A stretch of DNA of 64,000 nt from Pocillopora damicornis (taxonomy: Eukaryota), in assembly GCF_003704095.1 (NCBI RefSeq), contig NW_020843512.1, positions 1 through 64,000 of the forward strand, read 5' to 3'. Both the position numbers and the translations under genes were made by a program. Under the pieces are notes generated by a model, which worked only from the letters and a program-made list of their open reading frames with translations, was not told the DNA's origin and did not search any database. This document shows, in pieces, positions 37,690 through 51,227 of this stretch. Positions within the stretch are counted from its first letter, which is position 1. Every line of letters begins with the position of its first letter.

Positions 37690-38405
37690 ATATCTGCAGA
37701 AACTTCCATAGAGATGTCTAAACCAAAAGCAGTAAATAGTCATGTTACATTTTATCAAGCTACCAGCAGATCTATGGGAAATTCCATATACACAAGTCTG
37801 GATCTAGTAAAACTGAACATCTCACATTCTGCCATGTTATTTGAAGATCTATAGAAATTTCTATGCACATGTCTGGATCGATTATATAACAGAACATCTC
37901 GCATTTTTCTATGTTACTGGAAGATCTATGGAAATTTATATGCACATGTCTGGATATTTTGTAACTGAACATCTCACATCTTTCCATGTTGCTGAAAAAT
38001 CTATGGAAATATCCATGCACACGCCTGGATCAATTGCAACTGAACATCTTACATTTTGCCATGTAAATTGAAGGTATATGGAAATTAATATGTACGTCTG
38101 GATCGCTTATAACTAAACATCTCACAATTTTTCATGTTACTGGAAGATCTAGGTAAATTTCCATACAAATGTCTGGATCAGTTAAAAGCAAACATCTCAC
38201 ATTTTTCCATGTTACTAGAAGATCTATGGAAAATTCCATATACACAAGTCTGGATCTAGTAAAACTGAAGATCTCACATTTTGCCATGTTATTTGAAGAT
38301 CTACAGAAATTTCTATGCACATTTTTGGATCAATTGCAACTGGACATCTCTCATTTTGTCATGTTAATAGCAGATCTATGGTAATTTCCCTAAACATGTC
38401 TGGAG
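37690..38405. repeat. About 75-bp minisatellite, about 9 units, with a 6-unit higher-order period
   Basis: AGATCTATGGAAATT..CACATGTCTGGATC..AACATCTCACATTTT..CATGTTA recurs at about 37769, 37846, 37922, 37998, 38072, 38145, 38220, 38297, 38372. A partial inverted copy with flank lies at 39008-39260. Confidence 0.9.
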
Positions 38406-38868
38406 CGAAGATTTATGGATGGTACTAAAATGACCTTAAATATCCTACAGTTAACCACATTACTGTGTCATCAAGAAATAAGTAGACCTATAGATTGAAG
38501 TCTCAGTGGAAAGCCTACATCTATATCTACATATATACATGAACATGCACTTTACCTTTTTAACAACCTTGTTTATGTTTATTACTTTACGCAGAGATCA
38601 AAAACAAATTTACATCGATGCGTGTATATTTTCTCATTTCTCACTACCTTTCGAGTCAAATTGATATTTTTAATTTGTTTATTATTGTTTCTCAAAAGTA
38701 ATCTATATTTTGCATACAAAATGTCTCTATTAAAATTCTTCGTATCGACGTTGATAATAATATTTACAAACATTTAGACAACCAGCTCCTTTTTAAAATT
38801 TAACCCTAAAAGAACTATTCCACCAAAACTGCCTTATTTTCCATTGAATGAATTTTTTTTTTGTCAAT

Positions 38869-38907
38869 TTAGGGATCATAAATGAATGCCACCGGAAGTT
38901 CAACCAC
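38869..38907 (-). CDS. IL17: IL-17-like cytokine D, 3' end only (rest in gap)
   Basis: VVELPVAFIYDP* matches the C-termini of the other three copies but is identical to none; truncated by Ns at 38908. Confidence 0.7.
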   Translation of the reverse strand: MVELPVAFIYDP

Positions 38908-39282
38908 NNNNNNNNNNNNNNNNNNNNNNNNNNNNNNNNNNNNNNNNNNNNNNNNNNNNNNNNNNNNNNNNNNNNNNNNNNNNNNNNNNNNNNNNNNNNN
39001 NNNNNNNCCAGATACTGATATTGATCCGAAATATCTATAGATCTTCAAATAACATGGCAAAATGTGAGATATTCAGTTTACTAGATCCAGACTTGTGTAT
39101 ATGGAATTTTCCATAGATCTGCTGGTAACTTGATAAAATGTAACGTGACTATTACTGCTTTTAGTTTAGACATCTCTATGGTAGTTTCTGCAGATATATT
39201 TGTAAATATTTTATTTCTCATATCTAAAGCACACACACACATATATAAATACATATACATAAGTTAATCGTGTCAAATGAAT

Positions 39283-39314
<32 letters not shown>

Positions 39315-40059
39315 TTGCGTCGGTGGGAGAGTATAACAAGGTATTCATCGACCGAGTTGAGTTCTTTACGGTGGCCAATTTACGTTATCAACTCAGTTGA
39401 TCATTCTAAATCACCCTGTAATCATGTTAGCCAGGGGAAGCAATTTGGGGGAAACTCAAGGCTGACATAATTGACTAAGCCAAGGCAGTAGTAAGACTTT
39501 GTGAGTGAAAGCTCTCCAATACATCTTTTACATCGGTAGAATTTACTGTAATTGCTTATAAAATCCATTGTGAACCAAATGTGAATCTTGACGTCATCGG
39601 TGATTTATTACTGTACAGGCGCACGGCAACATGGGATATATTTGTAAAATTGACAAAAGCTCTCGATCTATGAGCGCGCGCGAGAATTGCTACAGCTAAT
39701 GTAAACAGAACTTGAAGCAATAGATTTCACTTTAACTTTAGTTAACACGCAAACAACTGGTAAGGAAAGGACTTTATTTGTGTGGGTCTGTGACTACAAA
39801 AACAACTTCATTTGTTCTTTCACGAACAAATGCTCAGACCATGATGGTTTTGCGCACTTTTGTCGCTCAAAGTAGTCTAAAAAACTCATTTAAAAGGAAA
39901 CGTCTACAGTGTTAATTAAATCATTAAGACGTCTGACAGACGTTCTCGGACGAATCTCTCCAGAGCATTACGTCACGATTAAATCCCCCCTCATAAATCA
40001 CAAATTCTTAATTCATATTTCTTTTAGTTTAATCACCAGCAGATTAAAGGTCAGGGACC

Positions 40060-41381
40060 TCAGGGATCAAACAAGAATGCTACCGGAAGTTCAATTTCAG
40101 CCCACTTCCAAACCACTTCCCCAGTTCTGACATCACATTTCTGCTCCAGGCCCCTATGAGAGTATCTTACTGCGCGGCAAAAGTGCTTACAATTAGGACA
40201 CACGGCCTTGGTCAGGAATCGAGGGACACGATTTGGGTTGTCATCTTGTGCCCAGCTCCAGGGACACTTTGAGTTTCCTGGCAGCTGCTCGGTGACTTCA
40301 CGAGTTCTCCGCCCTGGAATTACAACAGACGACCGCGGTGAAGCTGAAGGTTTCTCGACAAACATGAAATTTCGGCAAAGACGTTTCAGGATCTTTTGAG
40401 AAGTAAGAGGAACTTTCGTACATGAAGGAACTTGTAGAGAGGATGAAATTATGCCAAAAAGGAAAAGTGCCACAAAAAGCTGTTTTAAAATAAAAACGTT
40501 CAACAAATGATAAGTATTTTGTTTCCAAATCCACACTCATTGATAGGCTCCTAGATTAATTTTTTTAGAGTCATGCAGTTACTTACATTGGTGCACTAAA
40601 AGCAAACACTGTACTTAGCGGAGAACAGGTTTTAATTTTGTCGGCTGCTCATTTTTAAGGTGCAGTCCAGACTCGATATGTTAAATTTAGTTTTGTTTGT
40701 TCCCCCTAAACATTATTGAGAATACCCATGAAGAATTCAATCTTAAACATCTCACTGTTTTATCTGTCCAAATTATGGCGCTGAATATTGTCTGAAAATA
40801 ATCGTCAAATAATCAATAATCGTACATCAGTTTTCCCTCGGAGTTTGGCATAAGAAATTCCACATCTAGCGTTTAAATCACCTGATTACGGTATCTTGGT
40901 TCACTTGAAATCGCGAGTAAGGCATGTACATCGGCCCTCTAGCGCTCATAATAATTTTTCAAGACCTCATTCTTACTGTTCTCACTGAATATGCTCGAAT
41001 CTGCTCCACTAGGCGCTATACTTCGTCTTGAACAGTGTAAAAGCGAAGTGAAAGGATTTTTTACCAATGTTAAACAAAATAAGGTTTGGAATGCCTAACT
41101 TCTCTTGAGAGACCAACCTCTCCCCAGAGTCGTTCACTTTTTGCCTTAGTACAATTCTAATATGACTCTTGATCAAAACGTTTTAAACAGTCAAGCCTAC
41201 ATGATAGGGTATAAATGGTACATCTTCGGGATTTAAATCAGTCATGAATGAATGAATAACTCGGGGCACAAATCACTTACTAAATGCAAAAAAAAAAAAA
41301 ACCTCAAATAATATCTGCGACAGTAAAAAAGGCTAAGGGAAACGAAGTAAATTTACTTACCTCTTGTGATGGTGAACCCAT
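40060..41381 (-). CDS. IL17: IL-17-like cytokine A (146 aa; exons 41381-41361 and 40479-40060)
   Basis: SKCPWSWAQDDNPNRVPRFLTKAVC. There is no in-frame ATG in exon 2. Exon 1 MGSPSQE|GTAAGT joins TTTTAAAACAG|LFVALFLFG in phase 0. Confidence 0.87.
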
Positions 41382-44373
41382 GTCTCTCCAAAATCTTCAC
41401 AGTTGACTCTATACTTGCGTTTGGGAGTGAGGCCAAGTGTTGTTTAATATACTGTCACACGTTATTTAATAAGCAACACAAAAGCCCAGCCTCTTTTGTA
41501 CCATCAATTTGTGTATACCTTTACATAATATTTTGGGTTGATTTCAAGAAACCTTTCCCTTTCACACCCATATCTTGTGCATGTTCCGTTGCAACAGTAT
41601 CCATAAAGCCGGGGAATTTTTGTGAAATACAAGGATGATAAAATTACTAAAAAGGTATTATTCGCCCAACAAAGGTCACTTTGTGAATAAAGTTATCCGT
41701 GGTTATACTTCAGTCTGATCAGATCGGAAATCTAAATTAAGCTCTTCTGTAGGGCTAAGGAAATCTCTTTATTCACTAAGTGTTTTCTTAATATGACTGA
41801 TGGGTATTTATTTTGGAAATATTAGGAGTCGATGGCTGCGTATGGATACTAAATTTATGCAAGAAGAGAAGATGACGACGTTCGTCCAGAAGCTGGCGTG
41901 TTATAATCTGTGTATTGCAAAACATAAATTAATTCTGTTGCATTAATGACAGGCAAAAAACGCATTTGGAGAGTTAGGAGAGCCGCCTTATTACTTCATC
42001 GCCTGTAAAGTCAGCATGCGGAAGTGCTGTTTCAACAAGTTTTGTCACGAAAATAAATACAAATGCCTCAAACAGAAACGTTTTTATTTAAAAAAAATTA
42101 GAATTCAATCTCAAAAAGTTTGGTAAATTTAAAAAATTCTTCATCAAACGTAAAACCGCCATGTTGCTATGTAGTTATATCTTGTAACAATGACAACAAT
42201 GATTCTTATTTAAAGGATATAAATAGTATTTTCGCTAAAAGAGGTGAATCTTTTTCAGTGCTTTTCAAACCAAGAAATTTGTACCTTGATTCCATTTTTA
42301 TTCGTTATCTCAAATCCAAATTATGCAGAGATAAAGTTTTCGACTCACTATAAAACGGAAATATACATTCAAGGAACACACATTTATAAAGTCTTGAGCA
42401 TATCACTAACGGCAAGTTCACCAACAGAAAAAAGATCAACTCCAACAGATCACGGTTCGTGTTTTTTCTTGTTGCATCTCAATAGAACCCCCTAGTTTCA
42501 GTATCAGTGCCATCAAAAGGAAAGCAACAGGAATTGACATTTTGGTCAAACACATTTCAACTAGATGAAGCGGAAAAATTACCGCACCCTTAATCTTCAG
42601 CTGACAAGCAAGTCCGACGTTTCTTTCATCTTTAGCGCTAGCTTAGAGGTACAAGTTTATGTGCTGTATACTGTTATGATGGAAATCCTTTTCGATCCAA
42701 TCCTTTTGAGTAGCAAGTGAATTAATACCAATAAATTGAAATGTTTTGTTCATTAACAGATTCAGTCATATCGTTTGCGCTTTTTGACATGGTGATTTTT
42801 GTGAAAACGAAACGGAAAAAAACACTTGATTAACGCAAGGAATTTAAAGAAGCTTTAAATAAATAACTTCTTACTACGACACATTTATTTAAAGAAGCTT
42901 TAAATAAATAACTTCTTACAACGACACAGTGAAATAACTGAACAAGCCTCTCTCGACTTAAGTAATTTCCCATGTTTGTATCCTTCAGCCTCGTTATCAA
43001 CTCGAGGCTAACATTTTAACTATGCCATCCCGTTCTTATCCCAACTGCCAACCACAAAACACCGTCAAACGTTTCTGAATTATTTATTTGTTCTCGAGAA
43101 AAACGCCACTATAACGCAATGTCTTCTTCGGCGGGCAATTTTTTTTCTTAAGTGTTCGAGAACGGACCATACAAGAAACTCATTTTTCAGAATTGGCGTA
43201 AATATCCGGAATAGTATTCTTATCAGCCATTGTTACCAAATTACAAATTTGAAGAGGTAATAGATCATTAGCATTTTACTTCAAGAGGATAATTATGTTG
43301 ACGTACATACTTTAATCGACATTCTTAGTAAATCATAACTTTCTGAGACTAATTTTTTTCTATATTTCTGTACATCTTGGCTGTAAATGTGTTTTCTATT
43401 TTATCCATTTCAAATGTATTACACTATTTGGTATTCGTGTATGTGCTCTTTTAAAGCTTCAACCTTTTAATTGTAATTTTTCAAAATTATTTTAGCTACT
43501 ATGCTATTTTGCGGTTAGGGAATAGTGTATCCCATGTGTAATTCATGTGGTTATAAGGTTGATACGTCTTAGATGATGTGTAAATATTTTAAAATTGAAG
43601 AGACAATGTTGGTGACTTATCTCTCTTGGGTGTTAAAGAAAAGAAGGGTATAATAATTCTGCGGTCAGTTAACTTGAAAGCTTTCTTAAATAAGTACTTT
43701 GGATCCAAAAGGGGTACGTTAATCGTCTGGTGCAGTCTCTGACACAAAACAACTGTTTTAATAGAGTGAAAGCAACTTAACGCGTGAAAAAAACGTTTTT
43801 GCAAGGATAGTGTTTTTCGCTTTAAAGGCGATTCAAATTGTCGTTTCTTACCTCCCTTGAGGAAATAACGTCATTTGTAATGCTTCTTGAAGACTATCTC
43901 AGTGATAATCGTCTCCACCCTCAGAAATAATCACGTTTAGAGTCTAAACTTCTCGCCGAGGTCAATTTAGGTCGCAAAGAGGGAGTTATCCCGCGTATGA
44001 CGAAACGTGTCTTCTCCAAATAGCTGGAGGGGCGCACGCAAGTAAAACTATCTGGGGGGTTTCTGAAAACCTGTGAAAAATGTGAAAAATTGATCTAAGG
44101 AGCGGGATTACAATTATTGAAATAGAAAAGTATCTAAGTTGTGTGTGAAATCATATAACTGAAGCGTGAAGGATGTTTGACATCTCTTGTTACATTCGTT
44201 GAAGCAAGGTCACTTTAGACCAAAACTGTTTCATTTCCAAGTCATGTGGAGTTTTCTGTTGTTGATTATTATGGTATCACACTACAAACTATAACGATCT
44301 GAGGTTTTATATCTATCAACAAAGAAGTAGAGGCGATCAGGGCTATTTGTGAATCTGTTGTGGGAATCTGTAA

Positions 44374-44528
44374 GGCCCCGGTTGTTCAACTTGAAGGGTG
44401 GATAACGCTATACACTGAATAACTCAGCTCTATCTAGTGGATACTGCAGTACGTTTTGTAAACACTCAACCGCTGGATAGCGATTCATCCGTCGGATAGT
44501 TTTATCCGCCCTTTATACAACTGGGCCC
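44374..44528. mobile_element. Small MITE present in both duplication arms (also about 46378-46523)
   Basis: GGCCCCGGTTGT ... ACAACTGGGCC termini with internal TGGATA/TATCC palindromes. Confidence 0.6.
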
Positions 44529-47500
44529 AGTTGTGTTAATCAATCAGGTTGTATATAGCTAATTTTTCGCATTAAACGGTTATTTTTGCCAAGAACGGAA
44601 CTGCAGTTGCCTTGAGAATAATAGCCTCATGCATTGATAAATCGGAGTTTGTTTCAAGGCTCTGGCCTAAATCACGTGCTCTAGCTCTAGCTCAGAGACT
44701 GAGAAAATTAGTCAGATATTGTACAATCAAATAAAATTTTCTGATATCTCACTTTGTGTAACAATTGTTTTGCCTGTGTCGTATTGCAGTTTCAAGTGTT
44801 TATTTTTTACCTCTAATTTTCACGGAAGGGCAACCGACACATGGAAGCTGAAGATAAAAATACTTTTTACATGACCTTTTCCACCTATCGAAGAATACGT
44901 GACAGTAGATCTGAAAGTAAATGCTCACGGACGAATACTTCTGGCATCAGGGTTCGTGAGTATCTACTTTCGATCGTCGTCCTCGTATTTACAAAACATA
45001 CTCAGGCATTAGATCTTTGTAACTCTATTTTCTCTAGAGGCTTTTTAGCCATCTTGCACTTTAATTCATTGAAGTATTATTCAGTTCATCATTTAATAAG
45101 TCTAACCTCCCCTCCAACTGAATTTAACGACCCTCATTGATGCATTGCGCATTCTCCATTCTTGAGCGCACGGAATCAAAATGGCCAGGGCTTGCTGGAG
45201 GAAGAGTCGTCATTTTTCCTCCTGATTTAACTGCAATTTTATTGTAGCAATTTCATACCTGCACACTGAATTTAGAGCGAATCGCATGGCAGAATAAAAA
45301 ACAATTGTTAATTTGTTGATAACGTTTACGGCAACGGGAAAAGAGAAATTTGAACTCTGGCTTTGCTTGTTCTTCCTGCTATAATCATTAAAATAAACTA
45401 GCGGAAAAAAAAATACAAAATTCTCAAGTGCTGAAATCTAATACGAATATTTTTTCGCAACTAAGTCTACCAAAGGCTTAAAAAACAAAGAGAAGTTCAA
45501 GTTTTGTTGTTTACCGTGCAAAATGCTATTAAAACGAAAGTAAGGACCTTGCGTGGTACATTCAAAATTTTTATCGCTCTTACATTTTTTTAAAGTTTTA
45601 ATGCGTGGATTTGGACTGTTTTCTCAGTTTCGATGCTATCTGCATATCGTTAGGTATATTTAGCTCTAATTTTATTGGTTTATAATNNNNNNNNNNNNNN
45701 NNNNNNNNNNNNNNNNNNNNNNNNNNNNNNNNNNNNNNNNNNNNNNNNNNNNNNNNNNNNNNNNNNNNNNNNNNNNNNNNNNNNNNCAGTTGGAGGGGAG
45801 GTTAGACTTATTAAATGATGAACTGAATAATACTTCAATGTATTAAAGTCCAAGATGGCTGAAAAGCCTCTAAAGAAAATAGAGTTACAAAGATCCAATG
45901 CCTGAGAATTTTTTGTAAATACGAGGACGACGATCGAAAGTAGATACTCACGAACCCTGATGCCAGAAGTATTCGTCCGTGAGCATTTACTTTCAGATCT
46001 ACTGTCACGTATTCTTCTATAGGTGGACAAAGTCACGTAAAGATTATTTTTATCTTCAGCTTCCATGTATCGGTTGCTCTTCCGTGAAAATTAGAGGTAA
46101 AAAATAAACACTTGAAACTGCGATACGACACAGGCAAAACAATTGTTACACAAAGTGAGATGTCAGAAAATTTTATTTGATTGTACAATGTCTAACTAAT
46201 TTTCTCAGTCTCTGAGCTAGAGCTAGAGCACGTGATTTAGGCCAGAGCCTTGAAACAAACTCCGATTTATCAATGCATGAGGCTATTATTCCCAAGGCAA
46301 CTGCAGTTCCGTTCTTGGCAAAAATAACCGTTTAATGCGAAAAATTAGCTATATACAACCTGATTGATTGACACAACTGGGCCCAGTTGTATAAAAGGCG
46401 GATAAAACTATCCAACGGATGAATCGCTATCCAGTTAGCAAAACGTACTGCAGTATCCACTGGATAGAGCTGAGTTATTCAGTGTATAGCGTTATCCACC
46501 CTTCAAGTTGAACAACCGGGGCCTTACAGATTCCCACAACAGATTCACAAAAAGCCCTGATCGCCTCTACTTCTTTGTTGATAGATATAAAACCTCAGAT
46601 CGTTATAGTTTGTAGTGTGATACCATAATAATTAACAACAGAAAACTCTACATGACTTGGAAATGAAACAGTTTTGGTCTAAAATGACCTTGCTTCAACG
46701 AATGTAACAAGAGATGTCAAACATCCTTCACCCTTCAGTTATACGATTTCACACACAACTTAGATACTTTTCTATTTCAATAATTGTAATCCCGCTCCTT
46801 AGATCAATTTTTCACATTTTTCACAGTTTTACTTGCGTGCGCCCCTCCAGCTATTTAGAGAAGAAACGTTTCGTTATACGCGGGATAACTCCCTCTTTGC
46901 GACCTGATTGACCTTGGCGAGAAGTTTAGACTCTAAACGTGATTATTTCTGAGGGTTGAGATGATTATCACTGAGATAGTCTTCAAGAAGCATTAACAAT
47001 GACGTTATTTCCTCAAAGGAGGTAAGAAACGACAATTTGAGTCGCCCAGAAAGCGAAATACCCTGCCAAAATGCTTATTTCACGCGTTAAGTTGTTTTCA
47101 CTTTATTAAAACAGTTGTTTTGTGTCAGGGACTGCAACGAACAACTAATGTATCCGTTTTAGATCCAAAGTACTTATTTAGGAGAGCTTTCAAGTTAACT
47201 GACCTTAAGATTATTATACCCTTCTTTTCTTTGACACCCAAGAGAGTTAAGTCACCAAAATTTCCCCTTCAATTATAAAATATTTACACATCATCTGAGA
47301 TGTATCCATGGATAAGGTCAAGTTCAAACTTATAACCACGTGAACGACATAACGGATACACTATTCCCTAACCGCAAAATAACATAGTAGCTAAAATAAT
47401 TTTAAAAAATTACATTACAAGGTTAAAGCTTTAAAAGAGCACATACACGAATATCAAATAGTGTAATAAATTTGAAATGGATAAAATAGAAAACACAGCC

Positions 47501-48799
47501 AACAATGTACAGAAATGAAAAAAAATTAATTTGAAAAAGTTATGATTTACTAAGGATGTCAATTAAAGTATATTCGTCAACATGATTATCCTCTAGAAGT
47601 AAAATGCTAATGATCTATTACCTCTTCAAAATTTGTAATTTGGTAACAGTGGCTGATAAGAATACTATTCCGGATATTTGCACAAATTCTAAAAAATGAA
47701 TTTATTGTATGGTCCGTTCTCGAACACTTAAGAAAAAAAAATTGCCCACCGAAGAGGACATTGCGTTATAGTGGTGTTTTTCTGGAGAACAAATGATTAA
47801 TTCAGAAACGTTTGATGGTGTTATATGGTTGATAACATTATATATAACAACGCAAATTGTTTTGAAATATAGGCAATGAAAAGGAGAAAAGTAAGACGAG
47901 TTAAAAACAGTTATTTCACCGTTCAGAAATCTAATTCTAATAGTTAAGAGAATAAGCTTACTGGTTTCGGAAGAAGAGCTTGACAGTAAGATGAAGTTCT
48001 CGGAATTTAGGGAAACGCCTTGACTTAATATAATGAGATTAGAACGGGATGGAACAGTTAAAATACTAGCCTCGAGATGATAACGAAGGTGAAGGATACA
48101 ACCAAAGGAAATTACCTAAGTCCGGAGAGGCTTGTTCAGTTATTTCACTGTGTCGTAGTAGGAAGTTATTTGTTTAAAGCTTCATTAAATTCCTTGTGTT
48201 AATTAAGTGTTTTCTTTCTCTGTTCCGTTTTCACGATAATCACTTTGTCAAGAAGCGCAAACAATGAGACTGAATCTGTTAATGAACAAAATGTTAAGTT
48301 TATCCGTATTAATTCACTCATTACTCAAAAGGATTGGATCGAAAAGGTTTTCCAACACAACAGTGAACAGCACATAAACTTGTACCTCTCAGCTAGCGCT
48401 GAATTCGAGAGAAAAGTCGGACTTGCTTGTCAGCCGAAGATAAAGGATGCGGTAGTTTGTTTGCGTCATCTAGTTGAAATATGTTTGACCAAAATGCGCA
48501 CTTCCTGTTGTTTTCCATTTGATGGCACTGTTGCTGAAACTATGTATCCATGCGCGGCCATCGGCTTTTAAAATTTCCAAACAAAACTCAACCCATTTTT
48601 ATATTAAGAAAATACTTAGTGGATAATAAGATTTCCTTAGCCCTACAGAAGGGATTAATTAAATTTCCGATCTAATGAGACTGAAGTAAAACCACGGAGA
48701 ATCTTATTTTCAACCAAAGTGATCTTTTTTTGTGTGTATAATACCTGTTTAGTAGTTTTGTTATCCTTTTATTTTACCAAAATTTCCTTTATGGATACT

Positions 48800-48904
48800 G
48801 TTGCAATGGAACATTCCCAAGATATAGGTGTGAAAGTGAAAGGTTTCTTGAAATGGACCCAAAAAATTTACTGTAAAGGTAAGCACAAATTGATGGTATA
48901 AAAG
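48800..48904 (+). promoter_or_regulatory. IL-17 B promoter: C/EBP half-site, kB-like, IRF-E-like, TATA
   Basis: GTTGCAAT 48800-48807, GGAACATTCCC 48808-48818, GAAAGTGAAA 48832-48841, TATAAAAG 48897-48904, about 110 bp before the ATG. Confidence 0.55.
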
Positions 48905-49010
48905 AGGCTTGGCTTTTGTGTTGTTTATTAAACGAGTGACAGTATATCAAACAACATTTGGCCTCACTCCTAGACGCAGGCAGAGTCAACTGTGAAGATT
49001 TTGGAGAGAC

Positions 49011-50358
49011 ATGGGTTCACGATTGCAAGAGGTAAGTAATTTTATTTTTTTTCACTCAGCCTTTTTTATTGTCGCAGATATTATTTGATTTTTTTTGTTT
49101 TTTTTTTTTTGCATTTAGTAAGTGATTTGTGTCCCAAGTTATTCAGTCATTCATAACTGATTTATGTCCCAAAGATGTACCAGCGCTGTTACATCTGTTG
49201 CACTAGATCCTATCATGTATAAGCTCGACTGTTTAAAACCTTTCGATTAAGAGTCATTAAAAGGCAAAAAGTGAACGATTCTGGGGGGAGAGGGTCGTGG
49301 GCGTCTTTTAGGGGAAGTTTGGCATTCCAAACCTTGACTTGTATAACATTGGTAGCAAAGCCTTTCAGTTCCCTTTTACAGTGTTCAAGACGAAATATAG
49401 CGCCTCGTGGGATCAGATTCGAGCATATTCAGTCAGAATAGTTAGAATGAGGTCTTGAAAATTTGTCAGTATATTGTGCATGCAGAGCACTGCAGCCAAT
49501 GTACATGCCTTACCTACGATTTCAAGTGGACCAAGATACCGTAATCAGATAATTTTAACGCTAGATGTGGAATTTCTTAAGGGAAAGTCCCCCGTCCTCC
49601 TCCCCACTCAAAGGGAAAACGAATCCGGAAAAAAGGGAAAATGTGTAAATTACTGAGCTTTGGACAGATAAAACAGTGAGATGTTTAAGATTGAATTCTT
49701 CATGAACTGAGGAGAACAAGCAAAAACGAAAATCAGTTAATCGAGCTTCCGGCCTGCACCTTAAAAATGAGCAGCCGAAAAAACTAAAAGCTGTTCTCAG
49801 CTAAGCACGGTGTTTCTTCTTCGTGAACCAATTTAAGTAACTGCATGACTCTAAAAAGTTAATCTAAGAACCTATCAGTGAGTGTGAATTTGGAAACAAA
49901 AAGCTCATCATTTGTTGAACATTTTTATTTTACAACAGCTTTTTGTGGCACTTTTCCTATTTGGCATAATTCCATCCTCTCTTCAAGTTCCTTCATGTGC
50001 GAAAGTTCCTCTTACTTCTCAAAAGATCCTGAAACGTCTACGCCGAAATTTCATGTTTGTCGAGAAACCTTCAGCTTCACCGCAGCCGTCCGTTGGGATT
50101 CCAAGGCGGAGTACTCGTGAAGTCACCTTGCGGCTGCAAGGATACTCAAAGTGCCCCTGGAGCTGGGCACAAGATGACAACCCAAATCGTTTTCCTCGAT
50201 TCCTGACCAAGGCCGTGTGTCCTAATTGTAAGCACTTCTGCCGTGCAGTGAGGTACTCTCATAGGGGCCTGGTACAGAAATGTGATGTCAGAACAGGGGA
50301 AGTGGTTTGGAAGTGGGCTGTAGTTGAACTTCCGGTAGCATTCTTGTTTGATCCCTGA
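49011..50358 (+). CDS. IL17: IL-17-like cytokine B (146 aa; exons 49011-49031 and 49939-50358)
   Basis: SKCPWSWAQDDNPNRFPRFLTKAVC. Exon 1 MGSRLQE|GTAAGT joins TTTTACAACAG|LFVALFLFG in phase 0. Confidence 0.88.
49581..49592 (-). promoter_or_regulatory. Canonical NF-kB site in IL-17 B intron
   Basis: GGGAAAGTCCCC is the reverse complement of GGGGACTTTCCC, containing the classic Ig-kappa site GGGACTTTCC. Confidence 0.55.
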
Positions 50359-50855
50359 GGTTCCTGAGCTTGAATCCGCGGTTGGTGATTTCGATGTGAA
50401 ATTATAAGAACGAGTGACATTAAACTTAAAGAAATATGAATTTTGAATATGCGATTTATGAGGAGCGATTTAATCAAGACGTAATGCTCTGGAGAGATTC
50501 GTCCGAGAACGTCTGTCAAACTTTATTTTCTTTAATGATTTAATTAACACTGTAGACGTTTCCTTTTTAAATAATTTTTTTAAACTACTTTGAGCGACAA
50601 AAATGCGCAAAACCATCATGGCCTGAGCATTTTTTCGTGAAAGACCAAATGAAGTTCTTTGTGTAGTCACAGAACCACACAAAATAAAGTCCTTTCCTTA
50701 CCAGTTGTTTGCGTGTTAACTAAAGTTGAAGTGAAGTCTATTCCTTAAAGTTCTGTTCACAATAGCTGTAACAATTCTCGTGCGCGCTCATAGATCGAGA
50801 GCTTTTGTCAATTTTACAAATATATCCCATGTTGCCGTGCGCCTGTACAGTAATT

Positions 50856-51227
50856 AGGGACCTTAAGCAAACCACGACGGCGACGGCAACAAGGACGTGG
50901 AAAAACAAAAGATCTAATTGGCAGAACAATAGCTCAGCAAGTGCGTTTTAAAACTTTGTACATTTCTTAGCCGTCCTATGCAAAACAACAACGTGAAATC
51001 ACCACAATTTGCGTCATCTGCGAACCGAAACCGCGACGGCAAATTTTTGTGATTTCCAGTTGGAGCTCAACGCTTCTTTTATACGTTATGCTGAAGTTGA
51101 GGTGTGGCGCTGTATGAGACGGTAAACACATGCAGCCATTTTTTAAATTCTAATTAAAGGCAGAAATTTATTTTTTAATCGAGGTCTTCCCTAGCGTTGC
51201 CGTCCTGACTCTCGGCTTAAGGTCCCT
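50856..51227. mobile_element. PIF/Harbinger-like MITE with ATT target duplication
   Basis: ATT|AGGGACCTTAAGC ... GCTTAAGGTCCCT|ATT. The corresponding site in the other arm (about 39605) is empty. Confidence 0.9.

Larger units (their letters stand above)
39571..45120. repeat. Left arm of about 5.5-kb inverted duplication (partner 45787-51266)
   Basis: Colinear reverse-complement similarity over the IL-17 gene, intron, promoter and upstream region, with indels. Confidence 0.9.

Noticed and set aside
37690-38405. CRISPR-like periodicity
   Set aside because: Whole units are homologous with no unique spacers, in a eukaryotic context with no cas genes.
44841-45140. 99-aa ORF conserved in both palindrome arms
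   Set aside because: Conservation is explained by the recent duplication; no protein features.
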